A stretch of 64,000 bases of DNA from an uncultured delta proteobacterium. Lineage in GTDB: Bacteria > Myxococcota_A > Polyangia > Palsa-1104. Each line of letters starts with the position of its first letter. The stretch's first letter is position 1. Positions 1-11,318 of the stretch are shown here, piece after piece. Made by a program: the position numbers and the translations under genes. The stretch covers positions 320,001 through 384,000 of the forward strand of contig CAWAWS010000014.1 in the NCBI GenBank assembly GCA_963785725.1, in the 5' to 3' direction. The notes under the pieces are model-generated. The model saw only the letters and a program-made list of their open reading frames with translations. It was not told the DNA's origin and did no database searches.

Positions 1-51
1 CCCAAGGCCGCCGGCATCAAGAACGGCTACTGCCCCAACGAATCCTCGTAA
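1..51 (+). CDS. 3' end of an unknown CDS (partial)
   Basis: Frame 1 reads PKAAGIKNGYCPNESS* with GC3-rich codons; TAA at 49-51. Confidence 0.5.
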   Translation, partial: PKAAGIKNGYCPNESS

Positions 52-68
52 ATCGTTGCTCGGTACGC

Positions 69-97
69 TTGACGGATTAGAGCGACTTCAGCACACT
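69..97 (+). promoter_or_regulatory. sigma70-type promoter of the Ftr1 gene
   Basis: TTGACG (69-74), 17 nt spacer, CACACT (92-97). Confidence 0.55.
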
Positions 98-106
98 CTA
101 CGTGAG

Positions 107-123
107 TTGAAAATGGATTTCAA
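107..123. promoter_or_regulatory. Fur-like operator
   Basis: AT-rich palindrome TTGAAA-ATGGA-TTTCAA just downstream of the -10 box and upstream of an iron permease gene. Confidence 0.65.
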
Positions 124-130
124 TTTCACT

Positions 131-2062
131 GTGCGCAAGTCGCCGCGGCTCGTCGGTTTCGCGCTGTTGCTCGCCTCGCTGTCGACGGCTCGGCCGGCGC
201 GGGCGCAGTCGTCGACGCCTTTGGAGCGGCTGGCCGCGCTCGCCGATTACGTGGCCGCCGACTACAACGGCGCCGTTCGCGATGGCAAGATCTTGGCCGC
301 GTCGGAGTACGAAGAGCAGCGCGGCCTCATCGCGCAGGCGCGCACGCTGGCGGCGACGATCAAGCCGACGCCGGGCCACGAAAGCGCGGCCGCGGCGCTC
401 GACGCCGACCTGCAGACGCTCGTGGCCGCGGTCGAGCGCAAAGCGCCCGAAGCCGAGGTCGCGGCCGACTGTCGCGCCGTGCACAAGCGGCTCATCGACG
501 ACTACGGCTTGGTGCTGACGCCGCTGGCGCCGCCGTCGTTGCAGCGCGCGCAAGGCATCTTCACGACGGTGTGCGCGCAGTGCCATGGCGCCGACGGACG
601 CGCCGACACCGAGCGGGCGCGCACGCTCAATCCGCGGCCGGTCAGCTTCCTCGACGAGGAGCGCATGTCGCGCATCTCGCCGGCGCTGGCGTTTCACGCG
701 TTGACGTTCGGCGTCGCCGATACCGGCATGGCGTCGTACGAGACGCTGCCGGCGAGCGATCGCTGGAGCTTGGCGTTCTACGTCACGTCGCTGCGCCATC
801 GCGGCGGCGACTTGGCGCGTGGGCAAAAAGCGTTCGCCGCCGCGCAGGCGCCGCTGGCACCGACGGCGTCGCGGCTGGCCGGCCTGACCGACGCGCAGCT
901 GCGCGAGCTGTTGGCGGCGACGCCGACGGCCGATCGCGACGCCGCCATCGACTGGCTGCGCACCGACGCCAGCTTCGCCGTCGCGCCCGGCGGCACCTTC
1001 GCCGACGCGCGCCGCCTGCTCGGCGAAATCAGCGCCAACGCCGGCGATCGCGCCAAAGCGCGCGACCTCGCCGTCGCCGCCTATTTGGAGGGCGTCGAGC
1101 CGCACGAGGCCGCCTTGCGCGCCCGCGACGCCCGCCTGTGCCAGCGCGTCGAGCAGGCGTTCCTCGACATTCGCCACACGATTGAAGTCGGCAGCGCCAT
1201 CGACGCCGACGCCGTCCGCCGCGAAGTCGCCCGCGCCACCATGATCCTCGACGGCGCCGAAGAGAAGCAGCGCGACGACAAGAGCGTGCCGTTCTTCGCG
1301 GCGCTGGCGATTTCGCTGCGCGAAGGCTTCGAGATCGCGCTGCTCATCTCGGCGCTGCTCAGCTTCGTGCGCAAGAGCGGCCATCCCGAGTCGGCGCCTT
1401 ACGTTCATTATGGTTGGCTCTTGGCGTTGCCGGCGGGCGCGGTCACGTGGTTCGTCGTCGGCGCCGCGCTCGGCGGTGCGCGCCGCGAGCTGACCGAAGG
1501 TTTACTGACGCTGTTCGCCGCCGGCATGCTGCTCTTCGTCAGCCACTTCGTGCTCGGCAAGCTGGAGTCGAAGAAGTGGCTCAAGTTCCTCGAGCGGCGC
1601 ACGCGCGAGTCGACGCGGCCGTGGCCGCTGATGCTCGTGGCGTTCGTGGCCGCTTATCGCGAGGCGATCGAGATCGTGCTCTTTTTCCGAGCGCTGTCGC
1701 TCGATTCGCCCGGTCGCGCCGGCGCCATCGCCGCCGGCGTCGCGGTCGGCGCCGTCATCTTGGGCGGCCTCGTCTTCGGCATGCAGCAGCTCGGCCGGCG
1801 CCTCAATCCGCGCCCGGTCATGGTCGTCTCGGGCGTGCTTCTGACGGCGCTGGCGATCTCGCTCGTCGGTCAAGGTGTGCGCGCGCTGCAAGAGGGCGGC
1901 TACGTCGCGCTCACGCCGCTGGCCGCCGCCGGCTCGGGCTTGCCGACGCTCGGCCTCTATCCGACGATCGAAGGCCTGGCGACGCAATTCATCGTGCTCG
2001 TGTTGGTGCTGTTGCCGCTGTGGCTGGAACGGAAACGCGCGGAGACGACCAAGCTGGCGTAG
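131..2062 (+). CDS. Cytochrome c / FTR1-family iron permease (PbrT/EfeU-like)
   Basis: Signal peptide from GTG131; heme motif CAQCH; C-terminal TM domain with REGFE and REAIE (RExxE) motifs. Start could also be ATG113. Confidence 0.9.
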   Translation: MRKSPRLVGFALLLASLSTARPARAQSSTPLERLAALADYVAADYNGAVRDGKILAASEYEEQRGLIAQARTLAATIKPTPGHESAAAALDADLQTLVAAVERKAPEAEVAADCRAVHKRLIDDYGLVLTPLAPPSLQRAQGIFTTVCAQCHGADGRADTERARTLNPRPVSFLDEERMSRISPALAFHALTFGVADTGMASYETLPASDRWSLAFYVTSLRHRGGDLARGQKAFAAAQAPLAPTASRLAGLTDAQLRELLAATPTADRDAAIDWLRTDASFAVAPGGTFADARRLLGEISANAGDRAKARDLAVAAYLEGVEPHEAALRARDARLCQRVEQAFLDIRHTIEVGSAIDADAVRREVARATMILDGAEEKQRDDKSVPFFAALAISLREGFEIALLISALLSFVRKSGHPESAPYVHYGWLLALPAGAVTWFVVGAALGGARRELTEGLLTLFAAGMLLFVSHFVLGKLESKKWLKFLERRTRESTRPWPLMLVAFVAAYREAIEIVLFFRALSLDSPGRAGAIAAGVAVGAVILGGLVFGMQQLGRRLNPRPVMVVSGVLLTALAISLVGQGVRALQEGGYVALTPLAAAGSGLPTLGLYPTIEGLATQFIVLVLVLLPLWLERKRAETTKLA

Positions 2063-2071
2063 TCTGTACGA

Positions 2072-3499
2072 ATGTCGCTGCGTACGCGGCTGCTCGTCGG
2101 CTTGGCAGTGCTGGTGCTGGCCGCGGTCGCCACCGCCGGCTGGTCGGTTTTGGCCGTCGCGCGCGCCAAGCTGCAAGAGGCCGAAGACAGCCGCGCGCAC
2201 GTCGTCGGCAGCGCGCTGGCGGCGTTGACCGAGCGCGCCTGCGCCGGCGGCTGCGAGCGCGACCGCGTGGCCGCGATGGCGCGCACGCTCGTCGGCGGCG
2301 GCGCGCTGCCCGAGCTCGTCATCGTCGATCGCGAGCGCCATTTGTTGGCGGCCGAAGGCGGCGCGCACGCGGCGATGGGCGTGGCCGATCCCGGCCTCAA
2401 CGGCGCGCTCGCCGGCGTCGGCACCGTCGGTCGAACCGGCGACGCCGTCTACTATTACGCGCCGTTGCGTGACGACGGCCGCGTCGCCGGCGCGGCGCGG
2501 CTGCGCATGCCCGGCGACGCCGACGTCAGCCGCGCCTTGCACGACGCCCGCGCCTTGCTCGTCGGCGTCACGCTCATCGACGGCGGCCTCGTCCTCGTCT
2601 TCGGCGTGCTCTTCATTCGTCGCGTCGTCGAGCCGATCGAGGCGTTGTCGGGCGCGGCGCAGCGCGTGGCCGCCGGCGAGCTCGATCTGCCGCCGCTGGC
2701 GCGCGACCCGACGCGCGACGACGAAGTGGCCCGCCTCGTCGACGACTTCAACCGCATGACCGCGTCCTTGCGGCGCCAGCGTGAGCAAATGGTGGCGCAA
2801 GACAAGCTCGTCACCGTCGGTCGCTTGGCGGCCGGCGTGGCGCACGAGATCGGCAATCCGCTCGCCGCCGTGCTCGGCTACGTCGACCTCCTCTTGCACG
2901 ACGAGCCGCCGACGAGCCCACAGCGCGACACGCTCGAGCGCATCCGCAAGGAGACCGATCGCATCCGCGTCATCGTCGCCGATCTGCTCGATTACGCGCG
3001 TCCGGTGACCGGCACCGTCGAGGCGGTGCGTCTGCCCGATCTCGTCGAAGCCGCGCTCACGCTCTTGCGTCCGCAGGCGCGCTTTCGCGACGTCGAGGTC
3101 GCGCAGTCGCTGCCCGCCGATCTGCCGCCCGCGTCGGCCTCGGCCAGCCGGCTCACGCAAGTGCTCTTGAACCTCTTGCTCAACGCCGCCGACGCGATGG
3201 AGGGCCGCGGCACCGTCACCTTGACCGCGCGCCGCGAGGACGACGAGGTCGCGCTGCACGTCGGCGACAGCGGCCCCGGCGTCGCGCCCGAAGATCGCAC
3301 GCGCATCTTCGACCCGTTCTTCACGACGAAGGAGCCCGGCAAAGGCACCGGCCTCGGCCTCTCCATTTCGCGCCAGCTCGTCGAAGCCTACGGCGGCTCG
3401 CTCGTGCTGTTGTCATCGGAGTCGGAGACGCGCGGCGCCGAGTTCGTGCTGCGCCTGCCGATCTGGCGCGAGACCGCGATGATCCTGCGGCCGCGTTAA
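2072..3499 (+). CDS. Membrane sensor histidine kinase (HAMP, HisKA, HATPase_c)
   Basis: Two TM segments, HAMP ([13 protein letters not shown]), H-box AHEIGNPL, N-box NLLLNA, DSGPG, FFTTK and GTGLGL. Confidence 0.93.
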   Translation: MSLRTRLLVGLAVLVLAAVATAGWSVLAVARAKLQEAEDSRAHVVGSALAALTERACAGGCERDRVAAMARTLVGGGALPELVIVDRERHLLAAEGGAHAAMGVADPGLNGALAGVGTVGRTGDAVYYYAPLRDDGRVAGAARLRMPGDADVSRALHDARALLVGVTLIDGGLVLVFGVLFIRRVVEPIEALSGAAQRVAAGELDLPPLARDPTRDDEVARLVDDFNRMTASLRRQREQMVAQDKLVTVGRLAAGVAHEIGNPLAAVLGYVDLLLHDEPPTSPQRDTLERIRKETDRIRVIVADLLDYARPVTGTVEAVRLPDLVEAALTLLRPQARFRDVEVAQSLPADLPPASASASRLTQVLLNLLLNAADAMEGRGTVTLTARREDDEVALHVGDSGPGVAPEDRTRIFDPFFTTKEPGKGTGLGLSISRQLVEAYGGSLVLLSSESETRGAEFVLRLPIWRETAMILRPR

Positions 3500-3500
3500 A

Positions 3501-3583
3501 ACCGTCGCGAAGCGGTCGAATCGCCGCGTTGTCGCTGCGGCTGCGCTCCTCGCTCCGCCTGCGCCTGGACCGCTCGCGACGGT
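3501..3583. repeat. Intergenic inverted repeat (REP-like or bidirectional terminator)
   Basis: ACCGTCGCGA(A)GCGGTC at 3501-3517 and GACCGCTCGCGACGGT at 3568-3583, between convergent genes. Confidence 0.6.
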
Positions 3584-3588
3584 CTTGC

Positions 3589-3852
3589 CTAGTCGGCGCC
3601 TGCGTCTTCGACGGGGCAATAGAGCGCGTTACCGCCGCCGGGCGACGGCGTGCAGCTGCACGTCACGCCTTGCGCCGGAAACGTGCACGTCGGAATGGCT
3701 TCCGGCGCGCACGCGTACGTCCCGTTGGCCGGCATCGTCGACGGACAGAAGTAGATGTCGCTGGCCAAATCCGGCGGCGGCGCCGGCTCGGGGACGGCGA
3801 AGCTGGAGCGGCAGCCGGCCCCGAGCAACAACAACAATCCCAACCACCGCAA
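3589..3852 (-). CDS. Small Cys-rich lipoprotein
   Basis: TTG start just after the phosphatase stop; LRWLGLLLLLGAGC lipobox-like signal; 6 further Cys. Confidence 0.65.
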   Translation of the reverse strand: MRWLGLLLLLGAGCRSSFAVPEPAPPPDLASDIYFCPSTMPANGTYACAPEAIPTCTFPAQGVTCSCTPSPGGGNALYCPVEDAGAD

Positions 3853-3856
3853 GGAG

Positions 3857-4627
3857 TTACGCCTTAGCGTTGCAGGTGAGCAGGATGACCGTGATGTTGT
3901 CGACGCCGCCGTTGCGGTTGGCCTGGTCGACGAGCGTCGCCACCGCCTTCTCGAGGTCGCCTTCACACGAGCGGACGATCTCGATCATCTTCTTGTCCTC
4001 GAGCATGCCGGACAAGCCGTCGCAGCAGAGCAAGAACGTGTCACCGTCCTCGATCGTGTCGTGCTTGATGTCGACCTGCACCGTGTCGCGCATGCCGAGG
4101 GCGCGCGTGATCACGTTCTTGTGCGGGAAGTTCCGCTGCTCGTCCTCGGACATGTCCGGCTTGGCTTCTTTGTAGTCCTCGAGAAGCGAGTGGTCGCGGG
4201 TCATCTGCTTGATCTGATCGCCGCGAATACGATAGCCGCGGGAATCTCCGACGTGCGCGAAGTAGACCTTGTCGCCGTTGAGCAGAGACGCGACCAAGGT
4301 CGTGCCCATGCCCTTGCAACGCGGATCTTTCGTCGCTGCCTCGTAGATCTTCCAGTTGGCCAACTTGATGCCGCAGACGAGGCGGTTCTCCACATACGAG
4401 AGCTGACGGTCCATTTTATAGGGCCAGGTCGAGTCCTCGTCTTTGGTACGGGCGTAAAACTCGCCGAGCGTGTCGGCAGCCATCTTCGACGCCACCTCGC
4501 CCATTGCGTGCCCGCCCATACCGTCGGCGACGATGAAAAGCTGCTCGTCCTCGATCAGCGAGAAATAATCCTCGTTGTGGGTACGCTTCATCCCGACGTC
4601 GGTCTTTGCTGCGTAGCGGATCTTCAT
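3857..4627 (-). CDS. PP2C-family Ser/Thr protein phosphatase (Stp1/Pph1-like)
   Basis: RTHNED, VADGMGG, GMGTT, HVGDSR, CCDGL and DNIT motifs. Confidence 0.95.
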   Translation of the reverse strand: MKIRYAAKTDVGMKRTHNEDYFSLIEDEQLFIVADGMGGHAMGEVASKMAADTLGEFYARTKDEDSTWPYKMDRQLSYVENRLVCGIKLANWKIYEAATKDPRCKGMGTTLVASLLNGDKVYFAHVGDSRGYRIRGDQIKQMTRDHSLLEDYKEAKPDMSEDEQRNFPHKNVITRALGMRDTVQVDIKHDTIEDGDTFLLCCDGLSGMLEDKKMIEIVRSCEGDLEKAVATLVDQANRNGGVDNITVILLTCNAKA

Positions 4628-4718
4628 CCCTGTGCGCTCGTCGGTGGCGTAAATGCGCGAAATGCCGAGTTACGACTTTAACAGAGAGGGCTCTAAAGTC
4701 AAAATGGTAAAACAGATC

Positions 4719-5969
4719 ATGTTCACCACGGCTGAAATATTGACCATTGGCGACGAGCTCAACCGCGGCGAGATCATCGATACCAACTCCTCCTGGCTCG
4801 CGGAACGACTTACGTCACTAGGGGTTTACGTCCGTTGGCGGACCTCGGTGACCGACCAGCCGGACGACATGACGGCGGCGCTGCGGCAGGCGTCGGCGCG
4901 CGCCGGCTTGGTCGTCTGCTCGGGCGGTTTGGGGCCGACGGACGACGATCGCACGGTCGACGTCGTGAGCGCGCTCATCGGTGTCGCGCCTACGACCGAG
5001 CCGGCGCACGCCGAGAAGATGCGCGCCCGCTTCGCCGCCCGCGGCTTCGAGCTGACGCCGAATAATCTCCGGCAAGTACGCGTACCTACGGGCGCTGCGG
5101 TGATGCCGAACGAGCCGGGGTTGGCGCCGGGGTTCGGCGTGAAAATGGGTGCGACCGAGCTCTACTTCATGCCTGGCGTGCCGCGCGAGATGAAGTCGAT
5201 CTTCGATCAGCACATCGCGGCGCGCATCGCCGAGCGGGTCGGTGGCGTGCGCGCGCAAAAGCGGATCTGGCGCGTCACCGGCAAAGGTGAGTCGCACGTC
5301 GACCACGCGCTGCGCGGGCTCATCGATGGGCTGGAAGACACGACGCTGCATTTTCGCATCGCCTATCCCGAGAATCTCGTGACCGTCGTCGTGCGGCGGG
5401 CGGATGAAGCGGAGGCGACGCGCGTGCTCGACCAGCTCGACGTCGAAGTGCGCAAACGGCTGGGCGATCACGTGTATGCGACGGGCGAGACGACGCTGGC
5501 GGCGGCGGTCGGTCAGCGTCTGATGGCGCGCGGGCAGACGGTCGCCGTCGCCGAGTCGTGCACGGGCGGGATGATCGGGCAGTGGCTGACGGCGGTCGCC
5601 GGGTCGTCGCAGTGGTTCGTCGGCGGCGTGATCGCGTATGCGAACAGCGTCAAAGAGGGGCTGCTCGGCGTGTCGGCGGCGACGTTGGCGACGCATGGCG
5701 CGGTGTCGGAGCCGGTGGTGCTCGAGATGGCCGAAGGCGCGCGGCGGGCGACGGGCGCGGCGTGGGGAATTGCCGTCAGCGGCGTCGCCGGGCCGGGCGG
5801 TGGGACGGCGGAGAAGCCGGTGGGCACGGTGTTCATTGCCGTCGCCGGCGCGGAGGGGCGCGAGGCGCGCAAGCTGTTCTGGCCGGCCGAGCGGGAGCAG
5901 ATCCGGCAGCTGGCGGCGCAGTCGGCGCTGCACTTGCTGTTCAAGAGGCTGGGGACGTCGGGATCGTAG
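4719..5969 (+). CDS. cinA: Competence/damage-inducible protein CinA (MoCF-like + PncC domains)
   Basis: IGDEL..G..IDTN, GGLGPTDDDRT, PGVPREM, AESCTGG, GAVS and SGVAGPGG motifs. Confidence 0.95.
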   Translation: MFTTAEILTIGDELNRGEIIDTNSSWLAERLTSLGVYVRWRTSVTDQPDDMTAALRQASARAGLVVCSGGLGPTDDDRTVDVVSALIGVAPTTEPAHAEKMRARFAARGFELTPNNLRQVRVPTGAAVMPNEPGLAPGFGVKMGATELYFMPGVPREMKSIFDQHIAARIAERVGGVRAQKRIWRVTGKGESHVDHALRGLIDGLEDTTLHFRIAYPENLVTVVVRRADEAEATRVLDQLDVEVRKRLGDHVYATGETTLAAAVGQRLMARGQTVAVAESCTGGMIGQWLTAVAGSSQWFVGGVIAYANSVKEGLLGVSAATLATHGAVSEPVVLEMAEGARRATGAAWGIAVSGVAGPGGGTAEKPVGTVFIAVAGAEGREARKLFWPAEREQIRQLAAQSALHLLFKRLGTSGS

Positions 5970-6069
5970 CGGTCGACGGCTCGGCTGCGTCGCTAGGGTG
6001 TCCGGTGGACGCTGGCGTCGGCTATCGCGCAAGCGAGGAAGCGGCCGACGCAGCTCCTCCGGAATCGGC

Positions 6070-6164
6070 CATCGGTGAAATGCGCAACAGTATTTGAGGC
6101 TTATCGCGGGCTTGGTCGCACAGCGCCGACGTTCGCCCGCAACTGCAAGGCGCAAGACGAGCAC
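6070..6164 (+). repeat. Dispersed ~95-nt intergenic repeat, copy A
   Basis: Core GGCTTATCGCGGGCTTGGTCGCACAGCGCCGACGTTCGCC aligns with copies at 16275-16370 (+) and 18846-18940 (-). Confidence 0.85.
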
Positions 6165-6176
6165 ACCTACTAATGC

Positions 6177-6205
6177 TTGACCATACAAGTCATGCGGATT
6201 AGGCT
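6177..6205 (+). promoter_or_regulatory. sigma70-type promoter for thpR-recA
   Basis: TTGACC (6177-6182), 17 nt spacer, TAGGCT (6200-6205), 9 nt before ATG6215. Confidence 0.65.
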
Positions 6206-6214
6206 ACTGAACAA

Positions 6215-6780
6215 ATGCCACGTATCTTCCTCGCAGTGAGCTTCTCCGTCGCGGTGACGCGGAAGATCGCGGAGGAGGTCGAGCGTCGCAAGCCGCTGTT
6301 GGCGGACGCCGGCTTCCGCATCGCCTGGGTGCCGGCGGCGAACCTGCACGTGACGATGCGCTTCATCGGCACCGTCGCGGATGAGCTGGTCGAGGGCATC
6401 ATCGGCGCCGCCGGCAAGGTCGGGCGGCGACACGCGCCGTTCGAGGCGCGGGCGTTCGGCGTCGGCGTCTTCCCGTCGCTGGCGCAGCCTTCGGTGCTGT
6501 GGGTGGGCGTGCAGCCGTCGGCGGCGTTGACGGCGCTGCAGAACGACGTCGAGACGACCATGGTCGACCTCGGGTTCGAGCGCGAAGGGCGCGTCTTTGC
6601 GCCCCACGTCACCGTCGGTCGCGTCAAAGAGTCGCGCGGTGGCCAAGAAGCGCCGTGGACGGGCGCGCTCGATGCCGGTTCGTCGACGGTGAGCGAGCTC
6701 GTCGTGTACGAAAGTAAAACCCGTGCCGCCGGCGCCGAATACGTCGCGCGCGCACGTGTACCTTTACATAAGGAGAAGTG

Positions 6781-6781
<1 letters not shown>
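6215..6781 (+). CDS. thpR: RNA 2',3'-cyclic phosphodiesterase (2H family)
   Basis: RIFLA start, two HxT motifs ([19 protein letters not shown]); cinA-thpR-recA synteny. Confidence 0.92.
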
Positions 6782-7907
<1,126 letters not shown>

Positions 7908-7911
<4 letters not shown>

Positions 7912-8618
7912 ACGACGTAAGGCTACTCAGCCTCGACGCCGGCAACACGATCGTCTTCCTCGATCACGATGTCGTCGCCGCGATCGTGTCGGCCGAATTG
8001 GGCCGCACGATCGCGGGTGACGCGGTCGAAAAAGCGGAAGGCGAGGCGAAAAAACGGCTCGATGCGCAGCAACTTTTGCCGCCGCTGCCCGATAACGACG
8101 TGACCCCGGCGTGGGGCGCTTTCATGGCCACGCTGGTGCAGATCGCGACGGGCGTAGACGCGGCGCGCGCGGTCGAGCTGACGCGCGCGCTGTGGCGGGA
8201 GCATCGGACGTTCAACTTGTGGCGCAAGGTGCCGGCCGGTTTGGCCGACGCCGTCGTGGCTTTGCGCGCGCGCGGCGTGCCGGTGGTCGTCGTCTCGAAC
8301 TCCGAAGGGCAGCTGCAGGCGCTCTTTGACAAGCTGGGGCTGCACGACACGTTCGATTTCGTGATCGACAGCCATGATGTCGGCGTCGAGAAGCCCGATC
8401 CGCGCATCTTTCGGCTGGCGCTGGAGCGGTTCGGCGTGGCCGCGGCGAACGCGCTGCATCTCGGCGACACCTACGCGACCGATGTCGTGGGCGCGCGTGC
8501 CGCCGGCGTGCAAGTCGCGCTCATCGATCCGTTCGCGCATTACGCCGGGCAATATGCCGATGTGCCGCGCGTCGCCGATGTCGCCTCCGTTTGTCGCACA
8601 CTCGGAATCGCCAAGTAG
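7908..8618 (+). CDS. HAD-superfamily hydrolase
   Basis: LDAGNT (motif I), VVSN, KPDPRIF and [17 protein letters not shown] overlap with the recA stop. Confidence 0.9.
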
Positions 8619-8697
8619 CGCTCGCGCAAGCAAGATCCTTCGTCATCGTCGTGCGTCTGATAGGCAAAGGCGCTGGTGCGCCGGGTGTCGAAGATTC

Positions 8698-9321
8698 ATG
8701 CCGTTTGACGGAGGCGACGCGACGGAGCGGCTGGTGCGCCGGGCGCAAAGCGGAGATCGCACGGCGTTCGACGAGCTGGTACGCCGTTATCGCGCGCGGA
8801 TCTACGCGTTGACGTTGCATTTGACGGGCTCGCGCGCGGAAGCGGACGACATCACGCAAGACGTGTTCACGCGCGCCTACCAGCAGCTGGGCGGCTTCGC
8901 CGGTCGCAGCGAGTTCTTCACGTGGCTCTATCGCATCGCGGTCAATCGCGCGCTCAATGCGCGACGAGACACGGCGCGCCGACGCACGAGCGGGCTCGAC
9001 GATCCGCGCGTGCAGGCGGCGGTCGCGGTCGATGCGTACGGCGACCCGCGGCGCGCGGCGGAGCTGCGGCAGACCTACGCGCGGCTGATCGTCGCGCTCG
9101 ACCGGCTGGCGCCGACGCTGCGTTCGACGGTCGTGCTCGTGGCGCTGCAAGGTCTGCCGCACGATGAGGCCGCCGCGGTGCTCGGCTGCTCGATCGGCAC
9201 GGTGGCGTGGCGGATTCACGAGGCGCGTCAGCAGCTGCGCAGCGCGCTCGATGGCGAGAACGCGGCCGATGATCCCGTCGCCGAGACCGCTCGCCTGACG
9301 CTGCGAGCGCGGCTGAGCTGA
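8698..9321 (+). CDS. ECF RNA polymerase sigma factor
   Basis: LVRRAQSGDRTAFDELVRRY, ADDITQDVF, FFTWLYRIAVN and region-4 HTH (EAAAVLGCSIGTVAWRIHEAR). Confidence 0.92.
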   Translation: MPFDGGDATERLVRRAQSGDRTAFDELVRRYRARIYALTLHLTGSRAEADDITQDVFTRAYQQLGGFAGRSEFFTWLYRIAVNRALNARRDTARRRTSGLDDPRVQAAVAVDAYGDPRRAAELRQTYARLIVALDRLAPTLRSTVVLVALQGLPHDEAAAVLGCSIGTVAWRIHEARQQLRSALDGENAADDPVAETARLTLRARLS

Positions 9322-9453
9322 CGTCGCCGCCCGACGGCGTCGCCACGCCATCGCGGCGATGCCAACGCCGGGACAGCGCGCGAGCGGCGTAAATGCTAAA
9401 ATGTCGGTGGGCGTGCGCTGGCGAATGACGCGGCGGTTACTCAGGCGGACCCG

Positions 9454-9927
9454 ATGACTTGTCCCGGATGCGGCGCGAAAGTCGAAGAAGGGGCCGAGCT
9501 ATGCCTCGAGTGCGGCGAGCCGTTCGCGCCGCCGCCGCCGATTGCTCGGCCGGCCGCCGCTGCGCCGGGCGCGAATGTCGCGGGTCGGGCGGCGTCGGCG
9601 CGACCGGCTGGTGCGCCGCCTTCGCCGCCGAAGCCGTCGCTGCCGCGGGCGGGAGGCGCGCCGCCGCCGATTCCGTCGCTCGCACGCGCTGCGGTGCCAA
9701 ACGCTGCCGCGGCGCCGACCAACGTCAAGGCGGCAGGCGCAATCGGCGCGGGCGCGCCGGTGACGAACGCCGCGGCCGGTGCCACAAAGGCGGGCGTCAA
9801 AGTGGTGAAGCGGCCGTATCGCGAGGAGGAGCCGGAGCCGGTCCGCTGCCCGAATTGTGGCGGCAAGACGCGCGCCGCGCGCTGCCCCGGCTGCGGCATG
9901 CGCCTGCGCAGCGACGACGACGACTGA
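9454..9927 (+). CDS. Double zinc-ribbon protein with Pro/Ala-rich linker
   Basis: N-terminal CPGC..CLEC and C-terminal CPNC..CPGC. Confidence 0.7.
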   Translation: MTCPGCGAKVEEGAELCLECGEPFAPPPPIARPAAAAPGANVAGRAASARPAGAPPSPPKPSLPRAGGAPPPIPSLARAAVPNAAAAPTNVKAAGAIGAGAPVTNAAAGATKAGVKVVKRPYREEEPEPVRCPNCGGKTRAARCPGCGMRLRSDDDD

Positions 9928-9998
9928 TTGGGCCGCGTCCGACGCGACGAAGTCGGCCGCGCCCTAAGCGTCGACTTCGTGCTAGCGTCAACCGGGTC

Positions 9999-11312
9999 AT
10001 GCGCACGATTTCCGTCGGGCTATTGGGCCTCGGCAATGTGGGCTCGGGCGTCGTCAAGCTCCTCGCCGACAACGCCGAAGCCATTCGTCAACGTCTGGGC
10101 GGCGCGTCGGTCGCCATTCGCCGCATCGCCGTGCGCGAGGCCGAGAAGCCGCGCCTCGTCGACGTCGCGTCGGCGCTGATTACGACCGATCCGCAAGCGG
10201 TCATCGCCGATCCGGAGATCGACGTCATTCTCGAGCTCATCGGCGGTGAGGAGCCGGCGCGAACCTACGTGCTCGACGCCATCGCGCGCGGCAAGCACAT
10301 CGTCACCGCGAACAAGGCGCTGTTGGCTGCGCACGGCGAGGAGCTGTTCGCGGCCGCCGAGCAGCGCGGCGTCGACCTGTATTACGAGGCGTCGGTCGGC
10401 GGCGGCGTGCCGATCATCCGCGCGCTGCGTGAGGGTCTCGCGTCGGATCGCGTGAACGAGCTGGTGGCCATCGTCAACGGCACGTCGAACTTCCTGCTCA
10501 CGACGATGACCGACGAAGCGCGGCCGTTCGAAGAGATCCTCAACGAGGCGCAGGAAAAAGGCTACGCCGAGGCCGATCCGTCGCTCGACGTCGACGGCTG
10601 GGACGCGGCGCACAAGCTGTGCGTGCTCGTGCCTCTGTGCTTCGGCACGCGCATTCGCGTCGATCAGATCCTCGTCGATGGGTTGCGCGCCATCGAGCCG
10701 GTCGATTTCAAGTACGCCGAGCGCTTCGGCTACGTCATCAAGCCGCTCGTCATCGCCAAGGATCACGGCGACAGCGTCGAGGCGCGCGTGCACGCCACGC
10801 TGATCCCGCGCCGCTTCATGCTGTCGTCGGTCAACGGCGTCTACAATGCGGTCTACGTCTCGTCTTACGCGCTCGGCAGCTCGATGTATTACGGCCGCGG
10901 CGCCGGCATGATGCCGACCGCGGTGGCCGTCGTCTCCGACGTCATCGAGGTCTCGCGCGACCTGCTGGCGCGCACGGCCGGCGGCTCGGTGCCGCGTCCG
11001 GCGCGCCGCATGAACGACACGCGGCCGCGCCGCATTCGCGATCCGGGCGAGCTGTCGTCGCGCTACTACTTGCGCTTCGCCGTCGTCGACAAGCCGGGCG
11101 TGTTGGCGCAGCTGGCGGGCATGTTGGGCGAGCACGAGATCAGCATCAGCGAGGTCGTGCAAGAAGGGCAGCGCAACGCCGGCGAGCCGGTGACCGTCGT
11201 CGTGACCACGCATTTGGCGCTCGAGCGCAACGTGCAAGCGGCGCTGGCGATCATCGATCGTCTGCCGACCGTGCGCGCCAAGACGCGGCTCTTGCGCATC
11301 TTCGGCGAGTAA
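9999..11312 (+). CDS. hom: Homoserine dehydrogenase with C-terminal ACT domain
   Basis: GLLGLGNVGSG, VTANKALL, EASVGGGVP, NGTSNF, GYAEADP and RFAVVDKPGVLA. Confidence 0.95.
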   Translation: MRTISVGLLGLGNVGSGVVKLLADNAEAIRQRLGGASVAIRRIAVREAEKPRLVDVASALITTDPQAVIADPEIDVILELIGGEEPARTYVLDAIARGKHIVTANKALLAAHGEELFAAAEQRGVDLYYEASVGGGVPIIRALREGLASDRVNELVAIVNGTSNFLLTTMTDEARPFEEILNEAQEKGYAEADPSLDVDGWDAAHKLCVLVPLCFGTRIRVDQILVDGLRAIEPVDFKYAERFGYVIKPLVIAKDHGDSVEARVHATLIPRRFMLSSVNGVYNAVYVSSYALGSSMYYGRGAGMMPTAVAVVSDVIEVSRDLLARTAGGSVPRPARRMNDTRPRRIRDPGELSSRYYLRFAVVDKPGVLAQLAGMLGEHEISISEVVQEGQRNAGEPVTVVVTTHLALERNVQAALAIIDRLPTVRAKTRLLRIFGE

Positions 11313-11318
11313 TTGGCG

